A stretch of 64,000 nt of DNA from Pelagomonas calceolata (lineage: Eukaryota): NCBI GenBank assembly GCA_918797485.1, contig CAKKNE010000004.1, positions 3,224,001 through 3,288,000 on the forward strand, written 5' to 3'. The translations under genes and the position numbers were made by a program. Below, piece after piece: positions 61,608 through 64,000 of the stretch (positions are counted from its first letter, which is position 1; each line of letters begins with the position of its first letter). The notes beneath the pieces are model-generated. The model was given only the letters and a program-made list of their open reading frames with translations. It was not told the origin of the DNA and did no database searches.

Positions 61608-61630
61608 GCTAGTGTCTTACTGCCGCTAGC
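61608..61630 (+). promoter_or_regulatory. CTAG-N13-CTAG element copy
   Basis: gctagtgtcttactgccgctagc between divergent ATGs 61320 and 61740. Confidence 0.85.
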
Positions 61631-61739
61631 TTGCGCTGCGGCCTTGACAAGTGATGCGAGGAAGGACCCGTGAGCGGTTTAGGCAATCGTTCGATCGCTG
61701 GGGTCAGCTGTACAGCAGCAGACCAGCATTATTGCAGCA

Positions 61740-62828
61740 ATGGCAGAGCTTGTTTCGCAGCAGTCGAGCAGCCCTGTCTACCGCGCCGCCTGCGAGCTGG
61801 CGGCGTATCGTCTGCGCGACGCGCTGACTGACAAACCGTTCATAGAGTACGACAGTAGCCTCAGAACGGTGCTGCTGCGGTGCCTGCCGGATGAGGTCGC
61901 TAGCATCGCTGTGTGTTCGGCGGTCGACGGGTCTCGCGCACTGCTGCATCGTGACGCTGTGAGCGGTCCCGGGTATGTCTTGGACACGGCGACGAAGACG
62001 TCGCCGCCGTGGCTGAAGCGCTGCGGCCTCGAGCCGGGCTGGAGCCGGCCGTACACGGACCCCGACACGCAATCGGTCGTCATAAGCTTCGTCGCACCGC
62101 TCGTGCGGGACGGCAAGGTCGTCGCCGCCGTAGCGGCGGGCTCGATCCCCGTCGGAGCGCGTGCAAGCAAGAAGCGGCCCGCGGCGCCCGCGTGGCTCTC
62201 CGTGACGGAGCCGCGCCTGCGGAGCCGACTCCTGTATCCGAATCCGGTTTGTTTGCTGACGACGTGGGGCGAGGTCGACGGCTCATGGCGCAAGAACGTC
62301 ATGACCATCTCGTGGCTGACGTGCCTGAACAACGACGCCGACGTCCTCCTGTCGATCAACGCGCGGCGGCACAGCGCCGCGGCGGTGCTGTCCGGGCGGG
62401 CCTTCGGCCTCTCCGTGCCGACGTCCGATCTGGCGGCAATGGTTCTGAAAATCGGCGCCTGCTCCGGCAGTAAAACGGACAAGCTCGCGACGGTCGAGGG
62501 CTTGGCCGCCGTCGAGGCCGACGCAGAAGCCAAGGCCGGCAAGGGCGGCTTCGCGGCGCTCATGAGCGACTCGTCGGACGACGACGACGGCGTCGCGGCG
62601 CCGCCGGACGCGCCATGGTTCGTCGAGGGCTGCGTCGCGCGGCTGGCCTGTGTGGTGGAGAGGCGCCTGACAGAGGGCGAGGACCACCACGTCGTCGTCG
62701 CCAAAATCACGGACGCGTCCGTGCGCGAGGACTACTGGGACGGCAAGACGTTCCGCGCGCCCCACGGCCGGGCGCCTTTCTTGTCTTTCCTCGGGTCGCA
62801 GAGCTTCGGGCACACAGTTCAATCATAA
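61740..62828 (+). CDS. Flavin-reductase-like split-barrel protein with N-terminal Cache-like segment
   Basis: RLLYPNPVCLLT, NVMTISW, F.LSVP, IG.CSG...DK, C......DHH; N-term WSRPYTD.....VISFVAPLVRDGKVVAAV. Confidence 0.7.
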   Translation: MAELVSQQSSSPVYRAACELAAYRLRDALTDKPFIEYDSSLRTVLLRCLPDEVASIAVCSAVDGSRALLHRDAVSGPGYVLDTATKTSPPWLKRCGLEPGWSRPYTDPDTQSVVISFVAPLVRDGKVVAAVAAGSIPVGARASKKRPAAPAWLSVTEPRLRSRLLYPNPVCLLTTWGEVDGSWRKNVMTISWLTCLNNDADVLLSINARRHSAAAVLSGRAFGLSVPTSDLAAMVLKIGACSGSKTDKLATVEGLAAVEADAEAKAGKGGFAALMSDSSDDDDGVAAPPDAPWFVEGCVARLACVVERRLTEGEDHHVVVAKITDASVREDYWDGKTFRAPHGRAPFLSFLGSQSFGHTVQS

Positions 62829-62832
62829 AAAT

Positions 62833-63333
62833 TTATTCGGCACTAGGCTTGTCGAGCCCGCCATCCAAGTCGGACAGGTCGACGTCGTCATCGCTGTCCG
62901 GCTCGTCGGCCGCCACCGCGCTAGCTGGCGCGAACGAATCCGCGCCCTGTAACGCCGACATGTCGAAGGCGCCCGCGTCGTCCTCCTCGTCCTCGTCGAC
63001 GTAGCGGCTCCAGTCCGTGGCCACGTGTCTCTTCTCGAAAACTTTATCATTTGTCAAACGGCACCAGTGGTCCGCCTCCTGGTCCTTCTTCACGACGTGC
63101 ATCTGGATCGACCTCCCATGCACCTTCCAGACCGACTCGTCGGGGAGGACCTCGGCCGCGAACGTGACGTCGAAGGCGTACTTCTTCTCGTCGGCGTCGC
63201 ATTGGAATTTTAGAGTTGTGCTTTGCAAATCAACGGTAACGCCCGTCGCTTCGGCTACTTTTATCACAACGTACAAGCCGTCCTTGCGCTGGCTCCACTC
63301 GATGGGCGGTACTATCGTGGCCAGGGCTGCCAT
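62833..63333 (-). CDS. Hsp90 co-chaperone p23 (CS domain; PTGES3/SBA1 family)
   Basis: P.I.WSQR, W.RL..DK....VATDWSRYVDEDE. Confidence 0.9.
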   Translation of the reverse strand: MAALATIVPPIEWSQRKDGLYVVIKVAEATGVTVDLQSTTLKFQCDADEKKYAFDVTFAAEVLPDESVWKVHGRSIQMHVVKKDQEADHWCRLTNDKVFEKRHVATDWSRYVDEDEEDDAGAFDMSALQGADSFAPASAVAADEPDSDDDVDLSDLDGGLDKPSAE

Positions 63334-63514
63334 TTTTGGTGCTGGAGGCTGTCTTGGTCCTGGAGGCTGTGTAAGTGTCCGAAGCGATGGAGTGCTCTCT
63401 CAAGATTCGCGCAGAGCACCTCTGGCAAAGTCCTGCACCAGCACTGAAGCTCTATTGGCAAATCTGTGAGAGTTTGCACAGGTTCCAAGCCGCGGAGTTC
63501 CAGGGCATAATAAT

Positions 63515-63538
63515 GCTAGCGGCTTGTAAGACACTAGC
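63515..63538 (-). promoter_or_regulatory. CTAG-N14-CTAG element copy
   Basis: gctagcggcttgtaagacactagc between divergent ATGs 63333 and 63823. Confidence 0.85.
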
Positions 63539-63822
63539 ATGATTGCTCGGCTCTTACGCTCTTTGTATAGCGCAAGCGAGCAGCACAGCGGCGCGAATAC
63601 GAACCGTCGCGTCTATATTGACCCCGCAGCCCAGCCTGTGCCACTCGCTTGACCCGCGCTTGCCTCGGCGCGGTTTGCAGCAAGTGCTCTGGGAGAGTGC
63701 TCTGCGGTGAAGCTGTCGCAGCCCCGTGTCTCCAGACACGTGCACTGCACGAAGATTAACATATAACCGCTGCCAGACGCCATCGACGCGTGTTTTGGAA
63801 CGCACGGTATCTGCACGCGATA

Positions 63823-64000
63823 ATGGCGACCTTCGACGGCCTCTTCGATCCCGCAAAAGTAGCGGAGAAGCGCCGCCAGGACGCCGAGAAGCGCGAGGCG
63901 TTAGCCAGGATCAAGGCCTGGGCCGAGGAGCTGCTGCCGGAGCCCGCTCGGGGCCGCCTGAAGGTGACGGTGAACGAAGTTGTCTGTGGCGACCCGGCCT
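63823..64000 (+). CDS. Hypothetical protein, 5' part only
   Basis: MATFDGLFDPAKVAEKRR...VTVNEVVCGDP open to window end. Confidence 0.6.
   Translation, partial: MATFDGLFDPAKVAEKRRQDAEKREALARIKAWAEELLPEPARGRLKVTVNEVVCGDPA

Noticed and set aside
857..63538. CTAG element as a CRISPR repeat, or as a MITE/Helitron end
   Set aside because: Copies are dispersed kilobases apart with no spacer array or cas genes, and there are no consistent TSDs or conserved element body
1..64000. Genome-wide reassignment of TAA to a sense codon
   Set aside because: Conserved proteins end at TAA at expected C-termini and none shows an internal TAA

Overview
Gene-dense, very GC-rich eukaryotic nuclear DNA, most like a pelagophyte alga (Pelagomonas/Aureococcus type; inferred from gene content, signal/plastid-type leaders, compactness and intron style, not from a database search). 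It holds about 45 mostly intron-poor genes, including FEN1, a myosin, a NusG-SAP protein, GST, a PPTase, a CNOT4-type RING protein, NEMF, PSMD9, ALG11, importin alpha, a Tudor/SANT/SET protein, AP-4 epsilon and p23. Four things stand out. (1) A cleanly folding tRNA gene with a TTA (ochre stop-reading) anticodon lies in the sense strand of an apparent 5'-UTR intron (26018-26088), although TAA is a common stop codon here. (2) A ~24-bp element GCTAG-TGTCTTACAGGCC-GCTAGC recurs 16 times (plus degenerate copies), nearly always upstream of genes and especially between divergent pairs. (3) Introner-type transposon introns carry CTGTGTGGAAATC terminal inverted repeats, 8-bp target-site duplications, GT or GC donors taken from the duplication, and a shared internal motif CGCGTCGATGGCGT. 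(4) An intron-split gene encodes a Tudor + TET/JBP-like 2OG-Fe(II) dioxygenase + ILEI-like protein. All calls come from reading the sequence by eye.
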